A stretch of DNA of 64,000 nt from an uncultured Acidobacteriota bacterium. GTDB taxonomy: Bacteria > Acidobacteriota > UBA6911. Every line of letters begins with the position of its first letter. The first letter of the stretch is position 1. Positions 11,308 to 21,628 of the stretch are shown piece by piece. The stretch lies in the NCBI GenBank assembly GCA_963843575.1, contig CAWJKZ010000010.1, positions 581,851-645,850 of the forward strand, in the 5' to 3' direction. The notes below the pieces were generated by a model. The model did no database searches. It saw nothing but the letters and a program-made list of their open reading frames with translations, and was not told where the DNA came from. The position numbers were made by a program, and so were the translations under genes.

Positions 11308-11736
11308 GTGAAGAAAAGCGTTTTGTTTCTGTGTACCGGGAACTCCTGCCGCAGCCAGATGGCTGAAGGCCTCCTGCGACATCTGGCGGGCGACCGTTAC
11401 GATGTCGCGAGCGCCGGGACGCAGCCCGGCAACCTGAATCCCGAAGCCGTGGAAATCATGCGGGAAATAGGTGTGGATATTTCGGGGCACCGCTCGAAGT
11501 CCGTCGAGGAGTTCCTTGATCGTGAGTTCGATCATGTGATCACGGTGTGCGATCATGCCCGGGCTTCATGCCCCATCTTTCCCGCGAGCGTGACCAATCT
11601 GCATTGGAGCCTGGAGGATCCTGCTGCCGCAAGCGGTTCGCCCGAGCACAGGCAGACCGTATTTCGCCGCGTGCGTGACGAAATTGCCAGCCGGCTCCGC
11701 GAATTCCTGATCAACCCGGCGGGGGACCCTTCCTGA
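11308..11736 (+). CDS. arsC: Thioredoxin-coupled arsenate reductase (LMW-PTP fold)
   Basis: FLCTGNSCRSQMAEG, ITVCDHARASCP, HWSLEDP. Confidence 0.93.
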   Translation: MKKSVLFLCTGNSCRSQMAEGLLRHLAGDRYDVASAGTQPGNLNPEAVEIMREIGVDISGHRSKSVEEFLDREFDHVITVCDHARASCPIFPASVTNLHWSLEDPAAASGSPEHRQTVFRRVRDEIASRLREFLINPAGDPS

Positions 11737-11893
11737 CCGATCCGTGCCCCACCCGGGAGCGGGTGAGCGCAGTCACTAATGAGGAATGATCAGTTGCGCA
11801 GAATGCTGGCTGTCACAAATGCCCTGGCAGACAAAGGCCGCGTGCGGACTGTCACGCCCTCCACAGGGTGCCTGGCCTCCTGAAACAGTTCCG

Positions 11894-12586
11894 TCAGAAC
11901 AACTCGAGAATGTGATCGAACGTGTAGTAGAGGCCGACGGCAATAAAAACCGCTCCAGTGGCACGCCGCGCCCATCGCTCGATTTCGCCGAGCCTGTTCA
12001 GCGCGGCGCTTAGTGACTGGGCCCCGGCAGCCAGCCCGATCGCAAACAGCGCCACCGGCAGTCCGGTCCCGATGCCGTACAGGACCGGCAGGACGATCCG
12101 GGAATCCGCCTTCAGCGAGAGGGGTATCAGGCTCCCGAAAGAAAAGCGCCGCCGATACCGGGCAGAACGTCAGCGCAAAGATCATGCCCAGCAGTCCCGC
12201 CCCCCAGGTTCCCCAGTGTTGGGCGCGATCCTGCAAAGAACTGCTCACCAGGGAAGTGCTGAAATTGAAGCGGAGCAAGTCGAGCAGGAACATGCCGACC
12301 AGTATCAGGATCGGTCCGATCAGACGGTTCATCCAATACTGGAGACGCCATCGAGACCTGTGGGATCGACAGCACGCTGCCGACGAGCAGCGCTCCCAGC
12401 GCCGCATAGGTCAGGGTTCGGCCGACCGTGTACAGCATCCCCGTCCAGAAAACCCGGGCCGGCGATGCGACGTCGCGACTTATAAAGGAAATCGCGACGA
12501 GATTCGTGGCCAGCGGGCACGGGCTGATCGAGGTCAGGATGCCCAGCCAGGCAGCGGTCGCCGCCGGAAGGAGAGGAAGGCTCCAC
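11894..12586 (-). CDS. ArsG-like / CcdA-type transmembrane protein (frameshifted in this assembly)
   Basis: WLGILTSISPCPLATN, LYTVGRTLTY, FALTFCPVSAALFF, YGIGTGLPV across frames. Confidence 0.75.
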
Positions 12587-13082
12587 TACTTCTTCTCCAG
12601 GTAGCCGCGGACTCCGTGCTGAACATACCGCAAGGAACGCGTCGTGATCGCCCGTCAGTTCCCAGACCCGGGTCAGGTTGGTCCACTCCACCTGCTTGCC
12701 GTCTTTCATGCGGACCAGGACGAGCGACTTGGTGACCAGCTTGTAGTCCTGCATGAAATGCTGGTTTTCAGGAGTCTCGACGTTGACGAGCCGGAACTCC
12801 AGCTTGCCGTCCGCCAGTTCCCGCGCAAATCCCGTGTCGATCGCCTCCCTCGAATACGCCTCGATGCGCCGGCACGTCGGGCAGCGGTAGTTCGTGTGGA
12901 AATAGTAGGCGACGATCTTGTCGGCTTGCGCTTTGGGCGCGGGTGCCGCTGCCTGGGATCCCCTCCTGCGCAGCCACGGGATCCGGGGTGGTCCACCGCC
13001 GTGATTCCTTGACGGCGAGAAAAACAACGCTCACAAGAACAAAGGCAAGAAGTGCTGTTTTGATGATGGATTTTGAGCTCAT
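12586..13082 (-). CDS. ArsF-like membrane-anchored thioredoxin-fold protein (frameshifted)
   Basis: N-terminal TM; IVAYYFHTNYRCPTCRRIE; WTNLTRVWEL. Confidence 0.78.
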
Positions 13083-13147
13083 TGGAGCATTCCTCAGAAA
13101 TCGATACGGATCGTTCCGTGTTCAAGCTGGTTCATGTCGCAGCCCGC

Positions 13148-13393
13148 TCAGGCGGACAGCGCAATATCCAGCAATAGCCTGCTGATGGAGAGGCGATAGC
13201 ACGTTTCGTGCTCTTCGCACGTCACGCATCGACGCCATGCTTTTTCGTCGACCGAAACCGAGCGGTCCGTAGGCATCATCCCCGGACGCTCAACCCGATA
13301 GCTGAGCACCTTGCCGGCCACCGTGACATTGTCGGGGTGCCTGATCACAGGCGGGAACATCTTTCCATAGCAATCCTTTTCTGCGTTTGCCAT
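13148..13393 (-). CDS. Small Cys-containing hypothetical protein
   Basis: DCYGKMFP ... WRRCVTCEEHETCYRLS; GGAGG RBS; inside the operon. Confidence 0.7.
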   Translation of the reverse strand: MANAEKDCYGKMFPPVIRHPDNVTVAGKVLSYRVERPGMMPTDRSVSVDEKAWRRCVTCEEHETCYRLSISRLLLDIALSA

Positions 13394-13446
13394 GGTCTAT
13401 CCTCCGGTGCCGGCTGCTCAGGTTGCGGTTTTGTACGACCGTACGC

Positions 13447-13702
13447 TCAACCCTTCGCGGCCATGGCGTTTGTCAGCCACGTGGTAACCTCTGCCGCCGT
13501 GGGGATGCGTCCCGCGCATACAACCTTCTCGTCGATCACGAGACCCGGGCGTGGCCAGAATCTGGTACTTACGAATTTGCGGGAAATCCGTGACCTTGGC
13601 GATCTCGGCTTCGGCGCCCAAGTCGGTCACGGCTTTCCGGGCAATATCCGCGACCTTGACGCAGTTCGAGCAACCCGGACCGAGCACTTTGATCGAAATC
13701 AT
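13447..13702 (-). CDS. MTH895/ArsE-type small redox-active disulfide protein (frameshifted)
   Basis: [21 protein letters not shown]. Confidence 0.85.
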
Positions 13703-13719
13703 TTCATCCTCCCAGAAAA

Positions 13720-14500
13720 TCAGTTCTTCAGCTTGGCGTACAAGCCCTCGAGCCTGGCGTGATAAGCCGCCTTGATATTTCCTTCCTCTTCCCCCAGCGG
13801 CTTAACCGGGATCAGATCCATTACTTCTTCAGCCGTCAGGCCCGATCCAAACAGGGTTCTTTCAGCGCCGGCCACCATCTCGGAGGTACCGGTTTGCGCC
13901 TCCTCGCGCGACAGCCCGAAGGATTCGGCAATTGCCTGCAGCTCGCGGAGCTGAAACCAGAGGTAGGTGGGGCCCATGGCTGTGAGAATGGCGTACGCTT
14001 CCAGCTTGCCTTCATCCACCTCCGGGCACTTGCCCAGGGGCCTCAGCAAAGCGGATATCTCCGCTCTTTTCGCTTCGGCCCAATCCGCTCGAGAAGGAAA
14101 CAGGATTGAATCCCTCGCCGATGATGGACGGGGCGTTGGGGATCATGCGGACTATGCGGCCGAAGCCGCCCAGCATGCCGGCGAGTTTGGCAGCCGTCAG
14201 CTTCGGAGCCAGGGAGATCAGGATCGCATCCGGTTTCAGGCAATCCTTGATTTCGCCCAGGCAGCCCCCCAGTGCCGGCGGATGCAGTGCCGCGAAAACC
14301 AGATCCTGCCCTGCCGCCGCTTTGTTGTCGTTGTGGGCAATCTGGATCTCCGGGTACTTCGCCTTCAGCCGCTCCAGGACATCCAGGCTGATGTCGCTGA
14401 CGACGACGTTCGCCGGCATTTGCCCGGCTTTCTTCAACCCGCCCAGGATGATGTGCGCTACCCTTCCCCCGCCGATGAAACCAACGCTCTTCGCTGTCAT
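13720..14500 (-). CDS. Pyrroline-5-carboxylate reductase-like NAD(P)-binding oxidoreductase (frameshifted)
   Basis: [42 protein letters not shown]. Confidence 0.8.
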
Positions 14501-14997
14501 GGATTTCTCCTTGCAGGTAGTGCCGCATTGCCGGCCTCGCCGGCTCCAGCAATGATGTCGATTTGAGGTTCGACGACGATTTCCGACTTGATCGAATTCG
14601 CGACCAGGCTGTACTTCACCGCGCTTTCGAGCGCCCGCTGCACGCGCTTCCGTGTCTCTTCCGATTGGGCCGCAGCCGCGCGCACAACGATTCGGGGAGC
14701 GAGGGCGACCTTGGTGAAGATCTCCGTCCGGTCCAGCTCGATTCGCTTGGTGCCTTCCGCGGCGCACTCATAGGAGACGAGGTCCAGCTTGAACCGCTCG
14801 GTCGCCCAGATGAACATCATCATGACGCAGGTGTTGACCGCTGCCACAAAGGCGTCTTCCGGGGTGAGGACCCCGGCATGCCCATGAGCGTCGGGAGGGG
14901 CCGAGAAATCCATCTCGGGACCATTTCCCATCCGGATATGCCCCCAGTGTTCGCCTTTCCAGTGAACGGTCGTGCGGTAAAGAGCCGTGCGGGTCAT
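14497..14997 (-). CDS. OsmC/Ohr family protein
   Basis: TPEDAFVAAVNTC motif; expected second Cys position reads KYSLVANS. Confidence 0.8.
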   Translation of the reverse strand: MTRTALYRTTVHWKGEHWGHIRMGNGPEMDFSAPPDAHGHAGVLTPEDAFVAAVNTCVMMMFIWATERFKLDLVSYECAAEGTKRIELDRTEIFTKVALAPRIVVRAAAAQSEETRKRVQRALESAVKYSLVANSIKSEIVVEPQIDIIAGAGEAGNAALPARRNP

Positions 14998-15708
14998 TCT
15001 CCCTCCGCGCTGTAGGAGGCATAGGCACGGCCGAGCGCCAGCTTCCAGAAGGCCTCGGCGCCCTCGGGCACCTGGTTGTAGAGCCGCACGGTCTCGAGCA
15101 ACTCCGCGGCCGTTTCGTCACTGGCAGGTTTGGCAGCTTCGCGGAACATTTCGAGGATTAGAGGCAATGCCAGGACCTCGACTTGGCGCCCATCGATCTC
15201 GAGGACTTTGACGGGCACTCCTGAACCGCAGGAGCAGGTGGCGGTCGGTTTTTCGTTCGCCGGCGCGGCATCCGCGGCCTGTCCTTGCGTCCTGTCCCAA
15301 GGGATTCCGAGCAGCCGGTCGACCTGGCCCGCAATCTCAGCGGCAACGGCGTTTACGGCGTCCATGCCGGCCGCGTTCAGATCGGCGCGCCGTCCCGAGT
15401 TGTCCCGCCGCGGTCGGACACAGATCGTTTACCACGATGGAGGCGGCCGGTCTTGCGCTGTACATTTCGGTGCCCCGGGCGGCGCATCGCTTTTCACAAC
15501 CGTCGATCGCTATGGTCGGGTAAAACCGGGCGAACGCTCGATCCCCCTCGCCCCCTGCGAGAAACAGCGGGAGGCATATGGTGACGGTGGCGTCCGGGCG
15601 CAGGGACTCCAGGACCTTGAGGGTTGCGAGCCGGGTGACGGTGCCTTCGGCCATTTCTTCGCCCGAACACGACACGAGACCCACTTTCCGTTTGGGCAGT
15701 TCAGGCAT
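14994..15708 (-). CDS. DGC-domain putative zinc-binding protein with C-terminal extension (frameshifted)
   Basis: LVSCSGEE, TICL, AIDGCEKRCA; later CSCGSG. Confidence 0.75.
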
Positions 15709-16111
15709 TATCCTCCTCCGCCGCGACCCGGTCCGCCAGGTCGGACACTTCCTCTGCCAGGACGTTTGCGAGCTTATGCCCGGCCTCGTTCAACTCGGCG
15801 ATCCCGGCCGGTTTCAGGTGCCGGTTCCTTCGATAGACGTCGAGCACCTGCAGGGCGCGCGCCACGGTCCCGCCCGACTCGGCGACGACCTTGGCGGCGC
15901 AGGCAAGCTTGCACCCGTCTATGGTTATCGCCGGAGACGTGTTAATCGCGTCGCGCACCGCTTCGTCCCCAAGAACCACGAGCGCAAGCGGCACAAGCCG
16001 GGTGCTGCCGGGACGGAGGTCTTCGGTAACGATGTGCGCGCTTTCGCGCGCCACGGTCCCGTAGGTCTTGCCGATGCCGCTGCAGGGCACGATCAGGGTC
16101 TTGTGTGTCAT
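15701..16111 (-). CDS. DGC-domain putative zinc-binding protein
   Basis: IVPCSGIGK, TIDGCKLACAAK. Confidence 0.8.
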   Translation of the reverse strand: MTHKTLIVPCSGIGKTYGTVARESAHIVTEDLRPGSTRLVPLALVVLGDEAVRDAINTSPAITIDGCKLACAAKVVAESGGTVARALQVLDVYRRNRHLKPAGIAELNEAGHKLANVLAEEVSDLADRVAAEEDNA

Positions 16112-16545
16112 TTCTTCAACTCCGCCTCGGCCTGCCGCTTTACCAGTTCGAGGTAGTCCTGGGGATCGAGCAACCCCTGCCTGTTGAACTCCCCGTCGCT
16201 CAACTCGAGAACCACCATCCAACCCTTTCCATACGGGTCCTGGTTGATGACCTCCGGGCTATCCTCGAGCAGCGGATTGACCTCGGCAATCTTTCCCGGG
16301 ACCGGTGTCGGCAGCCCGACGTTCACCTTGACGGTTTCGATGCTCCCGAACTCGTCTCCGATATTGACCGCGGTGCCGGCGGGATAGACGTTGGCGAAGG
16401 CGATGTCGCCGTTCACCTGTTGGGCGAAATCGGAGAGGCCCAGACGCGCGCGCGCGCCTTCCACGGCCACCCAGATGCCCGCATCGCTGAACAGGAGTGT
16501 CTCGGGAACCCTGAATTTGAATTTGTCAACGGTGACTTCCAGCAT
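16108..16545 (-). CDS. GcvH-like lipoyl carrier protein
   Basis: LGLSDFAQ..GDI, IETVKV (lipoyl Lys), INQDPYGKGW. Confidence 0.88.
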   Translation of the reverse strand: MLEVTVDKFKFRVPETLLFSDAGIWVAVEGARARLGLSDFAQQVNGDIAFANVYPAGTAVNIGDEFGSIETVKVNVGLPTPVPGKIAEVNPLLEDSPEVINQDPYGKGWMVVLELSDGEFNRQGLLDPQDYLELVKRQAEAELKK

Positions 16546-16589
16546 GCTTGCAGCCTTTCGTCGTCAACCGGCCCGAGTTTCAGGCGGGA

Positions 16590-16991
16590 TTACCTTGAAG
16601 TTGCGCATCGTCGGGAAGAGCAGCAGCAGGATCCCGCCGTTTCCAGCCGGCAGGTTCCGGCGGCAACGGCCTCGCGGAAACGCGCGACGTCGGCCCGCAT
16701 TAGCTCATCCTGCGGGCAGCAACGGTCCAGGAGTTCATAGAGCGCCTCGAGATAGGGACTGTCTGTCGCGGAAGCGAGCGCATAAACCATCCGCGTCCCT
16801 CTCCGTTCATCCGTGACCAATCCGCCATGTCTCAATGCGGCCAGGTGTCGTGAAACGCTTGGTTGCGGGATCCGGAGTACGGTTTGGAGATCGCACACGC
16901 AGATTCCACCGAGGCGAAGCAGATTTAGGAGACGCAGGCGCGTAGGATCCGCGGCGGCTTTCAGCATCTCGTCCAATCGACCTGATCGCAT
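16590..16991 (-). CDS. arsR: ArsR/SmtB family repressor with Cys-rich tail
   Basis: ADPTRLRLL, ICVCDL, VSRHLAALR, C-terminal SCCCSSRRC. Confidence 0.9.
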   Translation of the reverse strand: MRSGRLDEMLKAAADPTRLRLLNLLRLGGICVCDLQTVLRIPQPSVSRHLAALRHGGLVTDERRGTRMVYALASATDSPYLEALYELLDRCCPQDELMRADVARFREAVAAGTCRLETAGSCCCSSRRCATSR

Positions 16992-17292
16992 GGTTGTTCC
17001 TCCTCCATTTGCCTAGCAGGATATTCAAATGTACAGCTGATAGGTGGATTGGCGCAACAGCTATCTATCGCAATTATTCGTATATACAGATACAACATTA
17101 ATGATGGAAAAAGAGCCGGTCCCTGGTCGGAAACCCTTCCCTCATGATGGGAGGCGGTCCGGCCTTGATGTATGCGGCGCAAGCGCAGGATGCGATTAAA
17201 CAATTCCAGCCCCAGCCCGCCTACCGCTTACCCCACCTCTTGACTGCAACCGTCAAACCGGTTATAAGAATGTCGTCCCATGAGGTAACACA

Positions 17293-17694
17293 GTGAAGGA
17301 TACGGCCGAATTCTTTGGGGTTCTCGCCGACGAGGCCCGGCTCAAGATGCTCTGGCTCCTGTTCAATCACCGCGAGCTCTGCGTCTGCGATTTCATGGAA
17401 GTGCTTGGCATCACCCAGTCGAAGGCTTCCCGGCACCTCAGGATCCTGTATCGGGCAGGCCTCGTCACCGACCGGCGCGATGGGTTGTGGGTCTACTATG
17501 CGCTTCGTCCACTGGAGCCGGGATTGGAAAAGGCCCTGCTGGCCGAGTTGTGCGAGCACCTGGCCGACCGGCCCGCAGCCGTGCAGCTGCTCGCAAAATT
17601 GTCGGCTTGGCGTGGCCGCGACGGGGCGGAGCTGCATCGCACCCGAAGACCGGCGTGTGGCCCCGAGTCGGGCGAGCGCGTGCTGCCCGACTGA
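17293..17694 (+). CDS. arsR: ArsR family repressor
   Basis: ELCVCDF As-binding box, SRHLRIL, WVYY. Confidence 0.9.
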   Translation: MKDTAEFFGVLADEARLKMLWLLFNHRELCVCDFMEVLGITQSKASRHLRILYRAGLVTDRRDGLWVYYALRPLEPGLEKALLAELCEHLADRPAAVQLLAKLSAWRGRDGAELHRTRRPACGPESGERVLPD

Positions 17695-17840
17695 ATTGTC
17701 CGGGCGGTGAGGGTCTGCGAGAACTGCTGGTGTTTCTGTATAACGAATGTTGTTCAAGAAAAGGCGAGAACGTTTTTCGAGTCGGAAAACCGACGGCGTG
17801 CTGCTGAATCTGCGTCCAGGTCAGTGGGAGAGCACTTGAT

Positions 17841-18927
17841 ATGAGTCGAGCAACTGTTGAGGTCGCAGCGAAGCGGCTGAGTGTCTTCGAAAGATACCTG
17901 AGCCTGTGGGTCGGAGCCTGCATGATTGTCGGCGTCATCCTCGGCAAGCTCGTGCCGGCTTCTATCGACAGTTTGAGACGGATGGAATTCGGCAGCGGCA
18001 GCCAGATCAACATTCCGATCGCCGTCCTGATCTGGCTGATGATCATACCCATGATGATGAAGGTCGACTTTGCTTCGATCCGCAATGTCGGGAAGCGGCC
18101 GCGGGGGCTGTTGGTGACCCTGTTCGTCAACTGGCTGGTGAAGCCATTTTCCATGGCGCTGATCGCGTGGGTCTTTTTCCGATTGGTCTTTTCCCTCTGG
18201 ATTTCGCCGGCAGAGGCGGATCAGTACATTGCCGGCTGCATTATTCTGGCCGCCGCACCCTGCACCGCGATGGTGTTCGTCTGGAGCTACCTCACGGACG
18301 GGGATCCCGCCTACACGCTGGTGCAGGTTTCGGTGAACGACCTGATCATGCTGGTCCTGTTCGCGCCGATCGTGCGGTTCCTGGTGAGCGGCGCCTCGTC
18401 ACTCGAAGTGCCGTTCCGCGTCCTTCTCTATGCTGTGGCGATCTTCATCGTCGATCCCCCTGACCGTCGGCGTGATTCTGCGGGGCTGGTTCATCCACAG
18501 AAAGGGATCGGAATGGTTTGAGCAGACGCTGCTGCCGCGCTTTGCGCCGGTCAGCATGACGGCGCTGCTGGCGACTCTTGTGTTGATTTTCGCGTTCCAG
18601 GCCGACAACATCACGCAGAAATACCTGCATGTCCTGCTTATCGCGGTGCCGATTCTCATCCAGGTCTACTTCAATTCGTCGCTGACCTACGGCCTGATGC
18701 GGCTGTTCAAGGTTCCCTACTCGGTTGCCGCCCCGGGCGCGCTCATCGGCGCGAGCAACTTCTTCGAGCTGGCGGTAGCCACCGCCATCGCCCTTTTCGG
18801 ACCCGGCTCGGGAGCGGCTCTGGCCACAGTCGTCGGCGTCCTCATCGAAGTGCCCGTGATGCTGTCGGTCTGCTCGGTCTGCAACCGCACGCGCCACTGG
18901 TTCAGGGTTGTGCCGGCCGAAAGTTAA
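17841..18927 (+). CDS. acr3: Acr3 arsenite efflux transporter (frameshift near 18455)
   Basis: FERYLSLWV, NWLVKPFSM, APCTAMVFVWS, GASNFFELAVA, GVLIEVPVML. Confidence 0.93.
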
Positions 18928-19203
18928 CCAGCGGCTGGCGGCGCACATCAGTGTCTGCTCGGAGAAGCGATGAAAAGCCTCGAAGGGGCTCGGCCATCCA
19001 GATCCCTGCGGTGCCAGATGGTCGGGCCCAAACGGGCGCCCGGATCGTGCCCAGCAGCAAGGAGCGATCAACATGGTCTCGATTTCGCGGGCGGTTTCCT
19101 CATCGGTCTGAGGAGCCGCAAACACCGTGAGACAGAAGGTGATGATCAGCGATACTGCTTTATGGCGTGCGTTGTTGTCCCCATTCAGAACTACCCTGAT
19201 CCC

Positions 19204-19560
19204 TTACTCGGCGCGCAGAGTAGATACGGGACTCGCCAGTGATGCCTTCCGGCCGGTTATCGTCCCAACAACCAGACCGATTGCGGCGGAACTGGCCACC
19301 GCAAGCACAATCGTTTCGGATGCCAATATCGCCTGCCAGCCGGCGAAATGGGGCACGACAAGCGTTGCGACGATCCCGACGAGCACGCCGACAACGCCAC
19401 CCGAAAGACCCAGCATCACGGCCTCGACCAGGAACTGGAACAGAATGTCCCCGCGTCAGGCGCCAAGCGCGCGACGCAGGCCGATCTCTCCCACTCTCTC
19501 CCGTACGGACATCAGCATGACGGCCAGGCCAACTCCTCCCACCGCTAGAGAAACCAATGC
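19204..19560 (-). pseudogene. C-terminal fragment of a MacB/FtsX-type ABC permease
   Basis: VGGVGLAVMLMSVRERVGEIGLRRALGA, QFLVEAV, ASLASPVSTLRAE. Confidence 0.65.
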
Positions 19561-20040
19561 CACCCCGACTGTCGGCGATGTGAACAGGTGCCGAACGGGT
19601 GCGTGTTGACAGTAAAATGGCGGAGCCTTAGAATGCACCTCAGTAGGACGCATGTTGCCATTCCGCATGCGCCGGGTCCTGGAGGATGCTCCTTCAGGAG
19701 GAATCCGCGGTTGGTCGGGCCGCCATCCGGAGAATCATAGAGTGCCCTAAGGGGTCGGTTGCACCATCTGAATACCGGCGCCGGGCAGATGCTCGAAAAT
19801 GGTTTCTTCGGTTGGCTCGCCAGGCGGGTTCGCGGCGCGGTGCGATGTAACGGGATATCCATTTTGCTTCGCTCCTCTCCACCCCTACCTCATATCCCCT
19901 GAACGCTGCAGAGCGATCCCTCGCAGCTACTCTGCACCTCGAAACCCAGCAGCCGATCCTCCATTGCTATCAGAAAAACTGCCCAGGCACATCCCCTCCT
20001 CCCGTTTACGCGGTCGGAGTGCAACGGAAAAGAGGTCGTC

Positions 20041-20136
20041 ATGCCATTGGACAAAATCGTAGTGTTCGCTCTGGCGATCTTATTCTTTGGAGGCATGATC
20101 TATCTGGCCGTGAAGAGCCGTTCGAAAACCAATTGA
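20041..20136 (+). CDS. 31-aa single-TM small protein
   Basis: MPLDKIVVFALAILFFGGMIYLAVKSRSKTN; AGAGG RBS. Confidence 0.55.
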   Translation: MPLDKIVVFALAILFFGGMIYLAVKSRSKTN

Positions 20137-20325
20137 CTGCAATCTGAGAGCGGCGCTTCACGCGACAAAGCAGCCTGCGTGGAGCGGGTGATGGGCATTG
20201 CATGTTACCCCATGGGTAGCCTTCTCTGTCCCTATGGGCAGATCACGCAATTAACACTCAACTCCGGCTTGCCAGATTGCGTCCCGATTGCCGCATCTTT
20301 CCCACGGGAATCGTAAGATCGATCT

Positions 20326-20375
20326 GGCGATGGAGTTCGCCATAACCGGCCGCCCAAGCGCCTGATAACTCCTAC
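20326..20375 (+). ncRNA. Fluoride (crcB) riboswitch
   Basis: GGCGATGGAGTTCGCC-ATAACCG...GCCTGATAACTCCTAC matches the fluoride riboswitch consensus, including GGAGTT/AACTCC pseudoknot pairing. Confidence 0.88.
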
Positions 20376-20789
20376 TCCGAGGCAGACGGCGGGTAGGAAC
20401 TTAGTGCGAAGGATTTTGAGAGACCCCGCCCGACGTAAACCTAGGGTGGGGTTTTTGTTTTTGCGCGGGGAGGACGGCGAATGCAGGAAGCTGCACCCAT
20501 AACGGCTCGAGCCGGAAGAACAGCATCGAACATCGCACTGCCCGGTAGACCGGATTGAAGCGATCGAAACAAGGTACGAGATTTCCGCTGTCCGGCCTCA
20601 TCTGGACGTCTGCAAAGCGATTCATCAGAGGGACGCCATAGATGTCGGTGTCTTCGGGCGCTTCCCGCTCCGGAAGAGGCTATTCAGTGGATTCGCAAGG
20701 CGGGAGCGATCGGCGTTTGCGGGAACCACGACTTCGCCATGGCCACCGGCGCCGACTGCCGTAGTTCGCCGGTCTCCTATGCCCTCTCG

Positions 20790-20920
20790 GTCGCTACGCG
20801 CGAGCATTTCAGGCCTCTGCTCATCTTGGAGTGCCCGGTGAAGCCCACAACCAGGAGATCGAAGTCCCCCTCCCGGGCGAATTCGACGATGGCCTTTACC
20901 TCGTGTGCCGGAGGGCGCTC
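20790..20920 (-). pseudogene. Universal stress protein C-terminal remnant
   Basis: HEVKAIVEFAREGDFDLLVVGFTGHS. Confidence 0.55.
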
Positions 20921-21004
20921 CCGGTTTTTGTGCCATGCGGGCCGACTCCGGGAGTATATTGGAAGCATGACAGTCGATAATATCCAAAGCGACGCGGCGG
21001 GCTC

Positions 21005-21208
21005 GTGATCAGCAATCCCGAAGTGCTGGGGGGAAAGCCGGTATTGATCGCGGAACCAGGCTGCCGGTTTCCACCCTCTTCGAATACCTGGCGGACGGAT
21101 TGTCCATCGATTACTTCCTCGAGAGTTTTCCCTCGGTTACCCGGGAACAGGCCGTTGGCGTGCTTCTATATGGCCAGCGCCGCATCGAGGAAGAACTCGC
21201 CGCATGAA
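21005..21208 (+). pseudogene. DUF433 antitoxin (frameshifted)
   Basis: SNPEVLGGKPV, GTRLPVSTLFEYLADG, FLESFPSVTREQ. Confidence 0.75.
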
Positions 21209-21535
21209 GATACTGCTTGATGATGTCCCGATCAGGTGCGCAACGCCTTGCCGGGGCATGAGGTCCACTCCGCGACCGATCCGCAATGGCGCGGCCTGAG
21301 CAACGGCGAGTTGCTGCGACTTGCTGAAGAGCAGGGTTTCGACCTGTTCATCGTCGCGGACAAAAACATGCGTTACCAGCAGGATCTGTCCAGCCGGCGG
21401 ATAGCCGTTCTGGAACTCGGACCAACCACCGGCCCACTGCGCAAACTCCGAGCACATCAGAGTCGAGTCGAACGGATCGCTCCCGGTGCATACCTCGAGT
21501 TGACGGCGCCGTCTTCATCTCCACGCAGTAGATAA
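21205..21535 (+). pseudogene. DUF5615 PIN-like toxin (frameshifted)
   Basis: MKILLDD, WRGLSNGELL, DKNMRYQQ. Confidence 0.72.
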
Positions 21536-21628
21536 CTCATTAGGGCAGAAGAGCCGGGCGCTGCGACGTCACCGGAAGAAGCGCCAACATCGTACCGGCA
21601 AGCTCCCGCGCCACTGACTCGACCCGGC

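Noticed and set aside
17720-17807. Short Cys-rich reading frame (NECCSRK...TACC) before acr3
   Set aside because: No clear start or RBS; may be a gene remnant, not supportable
11308-18927. Selenocysteine read-through in the redox cluster, given selC nearby
   Set aside because: The catalytic motifs I could read use Cys codons, and the breaks are frameshifts rather than in-frame UGA
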